A stretch of DNA of 64,000 nucleotides from Nitrosopumilus sp. (GCA_965197525.1 OZ240211.1:1696001-1760000), one strand, 5' to 3'; counted from the first letter of the stretch, positions 1 through 9,993 are shown. Notes: generated by a model from the sequence alone, not told the origin. Translations and numbers: made by a program.

Positions 1-5
1 TAGTC

Positions 6-188
6 ATGTTGACTGTTGGACTAGTAGGTCAAGCATTTGAGATGCGAAAGATACGTCGCCTTGCAGACGAACAACATCATGCAGATTTAGAGAACCCTGT
101 CAATATCTTTGTAAATAAAAGAAACTTCAAGTGGTATGTTATAATTGGCTTGGGTATACTTTTTTGGTATATTGCCGAGCGTAGCTAA
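6..188 (+). CDS. small membrane protein, probably 5'-truncated by window edge
   Basis: 60-aa ORF ending in a hydrophobic segment (WYVIIGLGILFWYIAE); frame is open to the window start. Confidence 0.45.
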   Translation: MLTVGLVGQAFEMRKIRRLADEQHHADLENPVNIFVNKRNFKWYVIIGLGILFWYIAERS

Positions 189-216
189 CATGATCTATAT
201 AGATCAGAACTCACAT

Positions 217-510
217 CTAGTCTACATCTGGCTTTTCAAGCATTACTTTGCTGTTTGGCAGTGTGTCTATAAACCTGTAACCGTCTGCGATAAGTGTCTC
301 TGCGCGGTCATTGTCTGCCACGACCTGACTTGGCCCGTATTGCTGGTGTTTGTAACGCCTCCAGCACTCAGCTAAGCTGTTCTGGCGGTGGCATTTTCTA
401 TTACCTCTCTGGCCTCCTGTCTTTGTTCCAAGTTCAGATCGATTTCGGTTTGATCTAGGCGTTCTTCAGAACTCTTAAACGATTCACGCGTCTCTTCTCA
501 TCCAAGTCTT
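217..510 (-). pseudogene. 3' remnant of an archaeal tyrosine integrase-like gene
   Basis: Manual translation across two frameshifts and a stop gives EETRESFKSSEERL...AREVIENAT/PEQLS*VLEAL.../QVVADNDRAEALIADGYRFIDTLPNSKVMLEKP, resembling the C-terminal tail of archaeal integrases (recalled motif, not searched). Confidence 0.4.
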
Positions 511-646
511 TGGAATTATTTTGACAATGCATCCGATGTTAGCCACATAAAAGAAAATATATGAGTAATGCCTTAGTAACAATAAGGTAAAGGAGAGCCT
601 ATCAATAATCTGTGTAAACGGTCTCGCTGAAATGACTCCGGTCGTT

Positions 647-1443
647 TCACCTTTCCTCCATTTTCCACTTTTCAATACTGGGAATTATTGAATCACCATA
701 AATTGAATCAGACGTATGTTCCCACAATGGTTCAATTTGTTCATATCTATTGTTTTTTTCATGTTCATGATGTTGCCATACGGAGCGTGCAATAAAATCA
801 GCACATTGTATGCCAGGACTCAGTTCGGAAGGACACAATTGGATGGTATTGAGTATATTTTCCAATTTATCATTTTTGGAAGGATGATATAGAAAACCCT
901 GAATGTTAGTATCGTTTTTTCTAAACGCATGAATCTTCTCTCGTAATTTAGTGTCATTCTTATATTCTTCTTCATCAAAAATGACCATACCGACCATATT
1001 ATGTCTGGTAAGATACATTGAAAATTTACTTATGATTGAACGCATTGCAAGTTGTTTGGGATTATCCGCATCTGTCGAATAATTTTTTTTCATCTGTAAT
1101 TTATTAATTGAAGTGGATATGATAACAGGTTTTAAATCCAATAAAAGTTCAAAGACATCGTCTGCCATGTCTTTTCTTTGAATTTTTGCTAATTTTTGAT
1201 ATATGTTGTTTCCACACATTAGATCCAAATAATGTAATTCATAATAACCATCAGGATAGCTTGATTTCATCTCATCGGAGATATATTTTTCGAGTATCTT
1301 GCATGTTTTTTGCTTGATCTGTAAATCTTGTTCGGGTGTAAAAATTATTCCAGCCATTGTGTACCATTTAACAGTACTTTACCAAACGGTGCAGGCCATC
1401 CTGGATCGCCTGAAGCATCAATGTAAAAATTACATGAATCCAT
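647..1443 (-). pseudogene. DUF3800-family protein, frameshifted near 5' end
   Basis: Track ORF 647-1357 has the C-terminal IQCADFIA motif; upstream, in another frame from ATG 1443, lies MDSCNFYIDASGDPG (family DxSG motif); one missing A in the run at 1378-1380 joins them. Confidence 0.7.
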
Positions 1444-1930
1444 GCAATGGAATCAAATGTGTTATAATAAAATCTTGGTATGTATGGGTAAATTCAACAG
1501 GACTACATATGTGAGTGTTTGAACCACAAGATTGCATTTCTAGAGACAAGAATGATTAGATTCCGATTTTAATAAAAGATAGATAGGAATATTGTAAGCA
1601 TTCCAATTACTTTCTACCGTGATTTATGATGTCTGTGATTATATCAACGATCCAGAGTTTTTGATGCCTTTTATGGAATCTGTAGGCGTACCTACATATC
1701 ATGTCAAGGCATCAAATATCCTTTATTTGACTCCGAAGTTTATGAGCATTTCTATAGGCTGTGAACCCACAACAGAACCTGATCTATATAGATCATCTCT
1801 AAATACTTGATATTACTAATGTATAGTAACGCGTGTTTTGGGTAACGCCCGGACTAACTCTAGATAATGGTTCAAGAATAAACCCATGATGGTGTTTACA
1901 GGTGAAAACCGGTAACACCACCCCTCTCCT

Positions 1931-3349
1931 TTAGATAAAATCAAACTTTGTAATCTCTTGATGAATTGCTTTGATTGCCGTGTTGATATTGTCCTGTGCA
2001 TCTTCTATAACAATAATTATTCTGGATGTCTCTTCTTGCGCATCCATATTCAGAATGTTTAGCTGCACCTCGCCAATCTTTGCACTGGTTCTAGATACTA
2101 CCTGTTTTACTCTCCACATCTCATCCCCAATCAATGTAATGACTCCGCGATTGTATGTAATTACAGCAAGTGGATCAAAGCTTAGAAGATACGACTCGTG
2201 TCTTTTGACGTAATCGCCATCCAGGAACAATATTCTGGAAAACTCGATATCGTCTTTGGTAAACGGTGATAAAATTATAAACTCACTGTAATGTTTCTCT
2301 GTCTTCAATGACGCCAATAATTTTTGAACAACGCTTGTCTCAATTCCAAATATCGCACAATTTGATTTTCCAGTAACTAGTTTTATTGGATGTCCGACGT
2401 TATCATCTAGTACCCTCTTTATCGTGGTTCTCTTCTCTGGCATCTTCATGTTTGTAATTGTTATCGGTACATCCACCCCGTTTTCTACCATCTCTTTTAT
2501 TGCAATGGGGTCTAGTATCTTCATTCCAAACATACCTGCAAGTCTTGCCTCGTTGTATGATAGCTCTTTGATCTCAGTCAGTCCTGATTTTACAACCTTT
2601 GGATCAGCTGATACCACCGTACTGTCCTTTTCAAAATCCACACTTGTTTTGTATCTTTTATGGAACAGTATTCCAAGATCCACTGCCGTCCTATCAGAAC
2701 CGCCGCGCTCGTATGTAGTTATCTGATTGTGTGCCGTCTTTCCAATAAACCCTCCAATGACAACTACATCGTATTCTTGTACCAGCTGCGCAGTCTTCTC
2801 TACTGCATTTTTTGACTCTAGTGGAAGGAAATTTGTAAATTCAATATTTTCATTGGTAATTATTGGCCAGTCATCAAAATCTACTGCATGTGATGCAATG
2901 TTGTTGCTCTTTAAGATATAGTTCATTACATGTGACATCAGCACCTCGCCTGAAAATGCCAATGCCTTTGAGCGTGTCTCGTCTGCAAACCTTCTTGATT
3001 CAAATGCCTCGTCTAGTGCCTGTTGTGCCTTTGCTAGATGACTCTTAATCGTATCTATGCAGTCTTGCTTGTTTTTGTCATTTACCATCTTGAGGATTAT
3101 CTGATAAGTTGACTTTACTGTGTCCAGTGATGGTTTAACGCCTTTTTCTGCTTTTCTGCCCTCCTCTAGTACCACATCAGTCAGTGAGCGTGTCTTTTGA
3201 TCATCACGGACTGTCAACGGTGCTGAGACGACTGCAACTACCTTTGAGTTGGTGCTCATACTGGTGATTCGTTCTATGATGTCAGGAATCGTTGCACCGT
3301 TGGAGCCTATTGCACTGCCGCCAAATTTGGTGATTATCAGGTTGTCCAT
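1931..3349 (-). CDS. lysC: aspartate kinase
   Basis: N-terminal ITKFGGS, VVAVVSA, TTYERGGSD and SADPK motifs; C-terminal ACT-like region. Confidence 0.9.
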   Translation of the reverse strand: MDNLIITKFGGSAIGSNGATIPDIIERITSMSTNSKVVAVVSAPLTVRDDQKTRSLTDVVLEEGRKAEKGVKPSLDTVKSTYQIILKMVNDKNKQDCIDTIKSHLAKAQQALDEAFESRRFADETRSKALAFSGEVLMSHVMNYILKSNNIASHAVDFDDWPIITNENIEFTNFLPLESKNAVEKTAQLVQEYDVVVIGGFIGKTAHNQITTYERGGSDRTAVDLGILFHKRYKTSVDFEKDSTVVSADPKVVKSGLTEIKELSYNEARLAGMFGMKILDPIAIKEMVENGVDVPITITNMKMPEKRTTIKRVLDDNVGHPIKLVTGKSNCAIFGIETSVVQKLLASLKTEKHYSEFIILSPFTKDDIEFSRILFLDGDYVKRHESYLLSFDPLAVITYNRGVITLIGDEMWRVKQVVSRTSAKIGEVQLNILNMDAQEETSRIIIVIEDAQDNINTAIKAIHQEITKFDFI

Positions 3350-3392
3350 GATACCTTAAAAATTATCTGGCTATCTATTATTAACCATTTGA

Positions 3393-4427
3393 TTATGTCT
3401 CTGCGAATTTCTTGATAATATTTGCTGCAGTTGTTGTACCATCTGTATTTACAGGTGTTCGTCTCTCTTTTAGTTTCTCTGCAATCAACGTGTCTAACCT
3501 TTTGATATCCTCAAAGACAAATCCTCGGTCTTGTGCGTTATCTTCTTGCTCAAAATGACCTTTGATTGGGATAAAGATTGATGGCGTTCCATAAGCTGAT
3601 GCCTCATCCATCGTTGACTTTCCTGCAAGGGAGATTAGCAAGTCTGATGCCAAAATTAACTCGTGTAGATTCTCAACAAACCCCAAGTTTCTTACGTTTT
3701 TGAATTTTTGGTTTACCGCAGGTCCTGAAACTAGTACCGTGTCTATATCTTCTTCTTGGCTGATCTTTGCGATTGCTTTTAGCGCGGCATCAATTAAAAA
3801 GATGCCTGCATCTGTTCCTCCTACGGATATCAGTATGGTCTTTCTTTTAAATGAGAATCTCTCTCTGAGCTCGTCTCTTGTATGTCTTGTCTGTCTGACT
3901 ATAGGTCCTGTTCTTGTAATGTTGTCTTGGTTCTTACCATCCTCTGGAAGTATTACGATATCGCATTTTTTGATTATCCGCCGCATCGACTTGTTCATTT
4001 TTTTCTCAACCCAGGATGCAAGTCCCTTGGTAAAATGCGTCTCCAAGACATCAGTAATCAGTACGGTTGGAATCTTCATGTTTTGTGCAACACTCAGTGA
4101 TGCAAAGTCCTCGTCACTTATCACCACATCTGGTCTGTCATCCTCTAGTATCTTTTGTGCTATGTTTTTGCAGTCCCTGTAGTACTGATAGTATCTCCAC
4201 AGCCATTTTGCCGGGTTTTTGAGTGTGCCACCCTCGACTACAAACGAGGGCGGACTGTATACGTCATTTACCGTATAGTTTAGTTTTTTTAAAATCCTTG
4301 CAGCACTGCTCCCTGTTGTAAAATTAATTCTTGCATTTCTCAGATTTTCGACAATTGCAATATCTCGTGTAACGTGACCTAATCCTATGGGGCTGGAGAA
4401 AATGTCAATTGTCTTCTTCTTCTTCAT
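3393..4427 (-). CDS. GT-B glycosyltransferase (family 28 / MurG-like)
   Basis: PIGLGHVTR N-terminal motif, SVGGT, and ISLAGKST...EQEDNA C-terminal motifs. Confidence 0.8.
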   Translation of the reverse strand: MKKKKTIDIFSSPIGLGHVTRDIAIVENLRNARINFTTGSSAARILKKLNYTVNDVYSPPSFVVEGGTLKNPAKWLWRYYQYYRDCKNIAQKILEDDRPDVVISDEDFASLSVAQNMKIPTVLITDVLETHFTKGLASWVEKKMNKSMRRIIKKCDIVILPEDGKNQDNITRTGPIVRQTRHTRDELRERFSFKRKTILISVGGTDAGIFLIDAALKAIAKISQEEDIDTVLVSGPAVNQKFKNVRNLGFVENLHELILASDLLISLAGKSTMDEASAYGTPSIFIPIKGHFEQEDNAQDRGFVFEDIKRLDTLIAEKLKERRTPVNTDGTTTAANIIKKFAET

Positions 4428-4506
4428 AATCTTCTTTTTATTTTATACCAGATTTGTAGATTCTCCTTTCTCAAAGTTTAAATTGATTTTGCGATTGGAT
4501 ATTTCC

Positions 4507-4581
4507 GGGCTCATAGTCCAGGTCGGTTATGACGTCGCCCTTACACGGCGAAGATCCGGGGTTCAAATCCCCGTGGGCCCA
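4507..4581 (+). tRNA. tRNA-Val(TAC)
   Basis: Acceptor GGGCTCA/TGGGCCC, anticodon arm TCGCC-CT TAC AC-GGCGA, T arm CGGGG TTCAAAT CCCCG. Confidence 0.95.
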
Positions 4582-4600
4582 CTCCCACTCTGGGTTCAAG

Positions 4601-4761
4601 TCATTTTTTGACGGTCTCTAGGTTCTTTTTGGTCAGTTTTATAGTAAAAACTGACGCATCCGAATGCTTTGCCACTTTGCTATCTAGCGAACAACTATCT
4701 TGCCTTCGCTGCCCTCCTTTGTTATGGTCGCAGATCTATTTCCAATCGTTTCTTTTGCCAT
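4601..4761 (-). pseudogene. small (~53 aa) ORF remnant, paralog of 27011-27178
   Basis: MAKETIGNRSATITKEGSEGKIVVR*IA/KVAKHSDASVFTIKLTKKNLETVKK; one stop and one frameshift. Confidence 0.5.
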
Positions 4762-4812
4762 GATTGCTCATAAAACAGTCGTTTATGGAATTTGTAATCC
4801 GGATGGATAGCC

Positions 4813-5901
4813 TCACATACACTGAAAATTCCTTATAACCATATACCCATGTGACTTGGCATTTTCATAATGCCTGTTTATGATTTTCTCAAATTCCTGA
4901 TCGAGTATGGTTAGTGATTTTTCTAACTTTGGTATCTCTGTTCGATAACTTTTATTTCGATCAATCAGCTTGTCAATGTATTTTCTTGGTGGCAACGCTC
5001 CAAGTTTTCTGCAATTACATTCCTTGCATGCCAGAGTCAGATTCCAAATATCATCCTCTTCAATATAGTCAAATGGTATCACGTGTTCTACCTCTGGCGT
5101 TGGCTTGTCGTATAACTGCTCTCCACAGTAAAAACACTCTTTGAACAACGGAAACAGCATTTTACGATACCTTGTAAGGGAACCCCTCTTTGTGTTCCTG
5201 CCTTCGGTCTTGGCGATTATCTTTGGAAGGCCCACATTGAGCTTTTCCAGAAACCTTGCCCACTCTAAAATCACTGATTTGAGAAGCCATTGATTGTATC
5301 GTTTGAAAAATTCCCTGGCTCTGGGATTCAGATTTATCCCATGCTCCAAGTCAACAGATTTCTTGTTGCTGTGAAACGTTCTATCAATTTTATACTCAAA
5401 GAACAATCTGGCCTCAGTAGCCCTAGTCACTTTAATCCTCTGAAATCTCCATGTCACATTATGAAAACAGTGTTTTTTGATCCGCATTACGCATTTTCGG
5501 ATTTTTTCAGGCTCTTTTCGGCGTATCTGCTTGAATGTCTGTGGATAGTACGCCTTGTCGAATTCTTTTTCTATAATTTTGACAATCATGGGCTTTTTTG
5601 TGGCCTGTAGGGCGTGCTTTATCTTTTTCTTGCATATCTGGGTCCAATAATATTCTAAAAAATACCCGGCAATGGTATCAAAGCTGACATGCGTCTCTGT
5701 GTGCTCTCTGGAATAGTCCAAAAGAAACCTTGCAAATGCAAACTTGTAGGTATTGTCTTTAGAACTACGACTGATTATGTTGAAAAACACCTTTTCAAAC
5801 TCATCATCAGAGATGTCATCAAACCTAATATCCTTGACCATGCTATCTTGTGATAGGATTGGTCGTATATGAAAATATGGCAATGCGAGGGTTCCATCCA
5901 T
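4813..5901 (-). CDS. HNH endonuclease (McrA-like C-terminus), copy 1
   Basis: CFYCG...VEHVIP...WNLTLACKECNCRK zinc/HNH motif; N-terminal NTYKFAFAR. Confidence 0.85.
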   Translation of the reverse strand: MDGTLALPYFHIRPILSQDSMVKDIRFDDISDDEFEKVFFNIISRSSKDNTYKFAFARFLLDYSREHTETHVSFDTIAGYFLEYYWTQICKKKIKHALQATKKPMIVKIIEKEFDKAYYPQTFKQIRRKEPEKIRKCVMRIKKHCFHNVTWRFQRIKVTRATEARLFFEYKIDRTFHSNKKSVDLEHGINLNPRAREFFKRYNQWLLKSVILEWARFLEKLNVGLPKIIAKTEGRNTKRGSLTRYRKMLFPLFKECFYCGEQLYDKPTPEVEHVIPFDYIEEDDIWNLTLACKECNCRKLGALPPRKYIDKLIDRNKSYRTEIPKLEKSLTILDQEFEKIINRHYENAKSHGYMVIRNFQCM

Positions 5902-6061
5902 GTTTTTCTGAATTATTTTGCAGGTAGCTCAATCTCGAGTATTTTTGATTGGATATCTAATCTAAACACTAAATCGTCAAATGTTCTAGAATGTACATGT
6001 CTGCCCAAATCGTAACCGGATCAAAATAGGTTCGTACAAGGATTAGAACTCTGGCTTGATA

Positions 6062-6130
6062 CTATAATATCGTAGAATCGCCGCAGTTGACTGTTTGTAC
6101 ATTGTTGTGCCATTTTTTATGATATGATTC
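6062..6130 (-). pseudogene. 3'-terminal fragment of the MBL hydrolase, truncated by IS3
   Basis: Matches the last ~23 codons of 19088-20584 and ends at the IS3 terminal repeat. Confidence 0.75.
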
Positions 6131-7370
6131 TGATCTGGACCCTCTTTTTGGTACCACTTTCTGCATACTTTTCCGTATGATTCTATCCCTCATTTATTCC
6201 CACCCTCCAATTTGAGAACGAATTCATTGGGAGTGAGATATCCCAATGCGGAGTGAATCCTGTCCTTGTTGTAATCTACAAATGCTTTTGCTAAAACGAC
6301 CTCTGCGTCTTGGAAGCGTGCAAACTCGTGCGGCCAGACATATTCCCTCTTGAGTGTTTCATGGAATGACTCCACATGTCCGTTTTGCTCTGGAGTATTC
6401 TTCCAGATAAACTCGTGTCTTATTCCTAGTGTCTGCATGGATTTCTTGAATTCATGACTGCTGTACTGCGTACCGTTGTCAGTTCTAAGCCTTAGATGTG
6501 AGATATCTTTTACAGACGATACTGCCTTTAGCACAGATTGAACGGCTGTGTGTGCCGTAGCTGCAGCATCAAAGATGTATGATATCCATTCCCTGGTAAA
6601 CACATCTATGACGTTAAAGCAGTAACACCATCCGTCCATGCCGCAATGGATGTATGTCATGTCGGTCTCCCAAAGCTGGTTGGGTGCGTCAGGCTTGAAC
6701 TTTCTGCGTCTTGATGTACGAATTATGTCGTTTTTACTATTTTGAGGCTTATTCCAGCCTATTTTTCTATATATGCGCTGTATTTTTTTACGATTTGTAG
6801 GATGCTCGTCTCTCTTGCAACCTGTGCTGCCATGCGTCTGGTTCCGTACGTGGGCCACTTGGAGGATATCTTTCTTACCTTGTCTGTGACCTCTGCATTT
6901 ATCAGAACATCTCTTGGTTTTTTAGTATAATACCAAGCGTGTTTGGACATTCCGCAATACTGCAAGGCTTTGTTTAGACTCATCTCTTTGCTTGTTTCAC
7001 GTACTGCCTGCATCCTCATCGCTTTGTCCCCTCCAAAGTTTTTTTTTAAAACGTCGTTGGCTACGGTGATCTCACTGATTATACGCTTGAGATTCTCTAC
7101 CTCTTTTGCGTGATTTTTGGTCTTGCTTCCTTTGTTTAGGATGGCCTCCTTGCCTCCCTGCAGAAACTTGTCTTTCCAGTCTTGGAATGTGGTTGGAGAT
7201 ATGTTGTGTTTGCGACACAGCTCGGCAGCAGATATACTGGTATTGATAAATTCCATTACGATTATTGCCTTGTCTTGAGGGTTACGCTTCTTGTTCATAC
7301 CATTCCTCTAATCTCCTGCTCCAAAAAGTATACGGATTTGATCGGTTTCATTATAGAGGGGTCCGCACCA
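6131..7370 (-). mobile_element. IS3-family insertion sequence (~1.24 kb)
   Basis: Imperfect terminal inverted repeats TGATCTGGACCCTC (6131) and TGGTGCGGACCCCTC (7370, minus strand); orfA HTH plus orfB rve; no matching target-site duplication. Confidence 0.85.
6190..7298 (-). pseudogene. IS3 transposase orfA/orfB, frameshifted
   Basis: orfA SAAELCRKHNISPTTFQDWK; orfB WETDMTYI, RTDNGTQY, ESFHETLKRE (DDE); frame break near 6800. Confidence 0.85.
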
Positions 7371-7450
7371 ATCTGAATTTGGATCAGTACAAATGGACGA
7401 CATAATGACTGTACTTAAATTCGTGCAGACATGTACATCAGCGTACGGTC

Positions 7451-8059
7451 ATGAACGTGCGTAGCCAACACCAACTGCACACATATAACACATCATGCAA
7501 GTTAGATTGTATACCTACACTTACAAGAATTGGAATACCGCGCGATCTATTAGTGCATGTTAGTGAATATGCGGCAAAACTAGATGTGTCACCTGCTGAA
7601 GCGATAAAACGGTTTGCCTTGGTAGGAGATATGGCCAAAACGAGGTATGAAGAATTACGGCGGTCAATCATCATGTATGATTCAGAAAACCATGAAGGTG
7701 TAAATAACGATGAGCACACCCTGCACGTGACTACGTACAATATACTGGGTTTGATCTTCAAGGAATTTGAGAATTTTGACTGGACAGAATCGTTATCGTT
7801 TGACGTTGAGTTTGAACACGTCGTGAATATTAGGTTTGAACAGATCGCCAAGGAAGAGAAAGATGACCTGAAGAACGTGGTTGCCTTAAGAATGTATGTT
7901 GGGTGGTCACTTATAACGAAATGCTCCGAAATACAAAGCGAACACGCACTTGCCAAACCAAGAGACATGATTGAAGAACGCCTAGCTAAATTTGTAGAGT
8001 ACTGTATTAAGCACATCGTTGAACCCTGTATGGGTGAACCAGGCACACGATCCAGCTAG
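7451..8059 (+). CDS. hypothetical protein with N-terminal ribbon-helix-helix-like segment
   Basis: 202-aa ORF; TRIGIPRDLLVHVSEYAAKLDVSPAEAIKRF has an RHH-like beta-alpha-alpha pattern. Confidence 0.5.
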   Translation: MNVRSQHQLHTYNTSCKLDCIPTLTRIGIPRDLLVHVSEYAAKLDVSPAEAIKRFALVGDMAKTRYEELRRSIIMYDSENHEGVNNDEHTLHVTTYNILGLIFKEFENFDWTESLSFDVEFEHVVNIRFEQIAKEEKDDLKNVVALRMYVGWSLITKCSEIQSEHALAKPRDMIEERLAKFVEYCIKHIVEPCMGEPGTRSS

Positions 8060-8363
8060 ATTTACCAACAGAACTACGTTCCTGATGTGCATAAATTCGG
8101 AATCTAAAACTGACGTCGGCAGCCGTTCCATTCTAAGAAAGGTGCTGAACGATTATGCCGAATTCAAATCTTTAGCAATATTTTACAATTCATGGCGGGA
8201 GTACAAACAAGAAAAACTAATGTGTGGACAACACCCAGAGGTCCATCCTGATAACCATGCTAAACCGCACAACGCATCAGATGAGCAGACACCTAGTGAA
8301 AAACACGGAATGGAGGTAAACGGATGGCAAATTGACTACGTTGGTTCAAAATGCCAGCAACGG

Positions 8364-8693
8364 TCAGGTAGATGTAACATCATAATAATAACAAAGTATT
8401 GCAAGCTGATCAAAATCTTTTTTGAATTTTTCTATATGTTTTGGAATCTGTTTTTTTACTTTTGTTTCAAACTTTCGTTTTGGTATAAAGATCGAATATT
8501 CTAAATTCACATCTCTGAACACAAACCCTTCATCTTCCCAGTAACCCTCTGATGGACTATCAACAGATAGTCCGCCATAGTTAAATATGAAGAAGTTTTT
8601 TACTTCTATTATTTTTTTGTCGGAAATACTCGTACCGTCATTATAAAATTTTGGTAACTTGTAATGAAGTTTAACCTTCTTGATTAATCTCAT
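8364..8693 (-). CDS. hypothetical protein, second gene of a coupled pair
   Basis: 109 aa with LPKFYNDG...FNYGGLS...GYWEDEG...D pattern; 4-bp overlap with upstream gene. Confidence 0.65.
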   Translation of the reverse strand: MRLIKKVKLHYKLPKFYNDGTSISDKKIIEVKNFFIFNYGGLSVDSPSEGYWEDEGFVFRDVNLEYSIFIPKRKFETKVKKQIPKHIEKFKKDFDQLAILCYYYDVTST

Positions 8694-8896
8694 TGTATCT
8701 TTTGATATGGAATGTTTTTTTTAGTGAGTAAAGTGCACTGTTTCTCAGTAATAAAATATTCATCCATTGAAATGGCTTTGAAGTGTTGACTGGTAGATAG
8801 CAAAACATTCAGCATCTTTGCTTCATCTTTGGAAGATACTTTGATCTTTCTATACTTTAATACGGTATTCATGTTTAACGATTCATCGAACATCAT
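8690..8896 (-). CDS. small hypothetical protein, first gene of a coupled pair
   Basis: 68-aa ORF whose stop overlaps the next start. Confidence 0.55.
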   Translation of the reverse strand: MMFDESLNMNTVLKYRKIKVSSKDEAKMLNVLLSTSQHFKAISMDEYFITEKQCTLLTKKNIPYQKIQ

Positions 8897-9078
8897 TATA
8901 ACAATTACGATCCATGAGTTAAACGTGGTTTTTCATGATTTTTTTGTTTGGCGATCAATGCAGAACCGGACGTTGTACGGGATTTCATGCCTGGATGCGA
9001 CTGGAATTACGAGATGATTGACACTGTTGACATTATAATTTATTTCAAGCAAGATTTCGAAAAGTAGGAAATAAAAAC

Positions 9079-9993
9079 TTAGTTGTTCTTTTTTAATCTA
9101 GCAAGCAAATCTATAGTTGCTAAATAACAATAAAACATCCAATAGTAATACACCCCACTATTATAATCTGTTTGCTGTTCATTATTGTGATGCCGTATAC
9201 CAAAATTATTAGCGATTTCAAAAAGTCTTCGTTCTTCATTATTTGGAATATATGATTTTAGATCTTTTCTTAATAGCTCTAACACATCTGCCAGATTCTT
9301 TAATGCGTCACGTTTTTCATTTAATGTTGAATTACCTTTCAAGAATAGTGAGCATGCATGATCTATTCTGCTATCAATTGTTTTAGGAGAGTTATACGGA
9401 GTTGGATTTCGTACTAAATTTTCTAATCCCTTTGATGATGGTAATTCTTCAATATTACCTTCAGCAGTTAGAGTGTATGGTATTTCAAGATGTGGTAGAT
9501 GTTTGTTAAACTCTTCTCTCCATTCACATTTTCCAAAATCGTAATCTGCTTCGTTACCAACATGGATGCCACAATTATTATATTCATGATATGACGATTG
9601 TACAGGTTTGGCTATATGATCATATAAGAACTCGATTAAATCAAATAATGAAAACAAATCTGTATATTTGAAATTGTTGGTTGTAGGAATTAGTGATTCT
9701 CCTCTGTTGCCAAAAGTTATCACTAATTGATCTTTCATACTTAGAGATATGATTCCTGGAACAAATCCAGCATCTACGCAATCATAACCAAACTAGTGTT
9801 GAAAATAACCATCTTGTTGAAATTTGTCATATTGAATTCTGATAATTTTTCTGAAATGTTCTAATGAAATTGAATTCGGGAGTTGGTTTTGTCTATCTGA
9901 AAAATATCTGCGTTTCACGAATATATCCTTTTTATGTAATATTTGTTTTTTAGGAATAAACCAGATCCCGTTAAAATGGAACCGACCGGACAC
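9079..9993 (-). pseudogene. AbiJ/HEPN-like protein interrupted by an in-frame TAG
   Basis: ORFs 9793-9993 and 9079-9738 are in frame (GYFQH*FGYDCVDAG); C-terminal IANNFGIRHHN resembles an AbiJ-type HEPN RH motif; likely start GTG 9918. Confidence 0.55.

Larger units (their letters stand above)
4559..6130. repeat. 1.57-kb direct repeat, copy 1 (tRNA 3' end + small ORF remnant + HNH gene + MBL 3' end)
   Basis: Aligns by eye with 17582-19156; similarity stops exactly at the IS3 end (6130/6131). Confidence 0.9.

Noticed and set aside
1755-1780. GGCTGTGAACCCACAAC as a reversed tRNA fragment
   Set aside because: Too short and degenerate to distinguish from chance
3700-4182. Long antisense ORFs in the track (for example 3700-4182, 29201-29638, 46329-46841, 51497-52165, 61192-61668)
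   Set aside because: Shadows of well-supported genes on the opposite strand, with no motifs of their own
4632-4655. Palindrome GTCAGTTTT-N6-AAAACTGAC (also 17654-17677)
   Set aside because: Lies within the small-ORF remnant and is repeated only because of the large duplication; no independent support for function
4813-5901. IscB/Cas9-like RNA-guided nuclease
   Set aside because: No RuvC motifs or PLMP domain; only a C-terminal HNH is seen
9793-9795. Pyrrolysine/amber recoding in the AbiJ-like gene
   Set aside because: TAG is used as a normal stop in many genes here (for example rpl37e, sspA)
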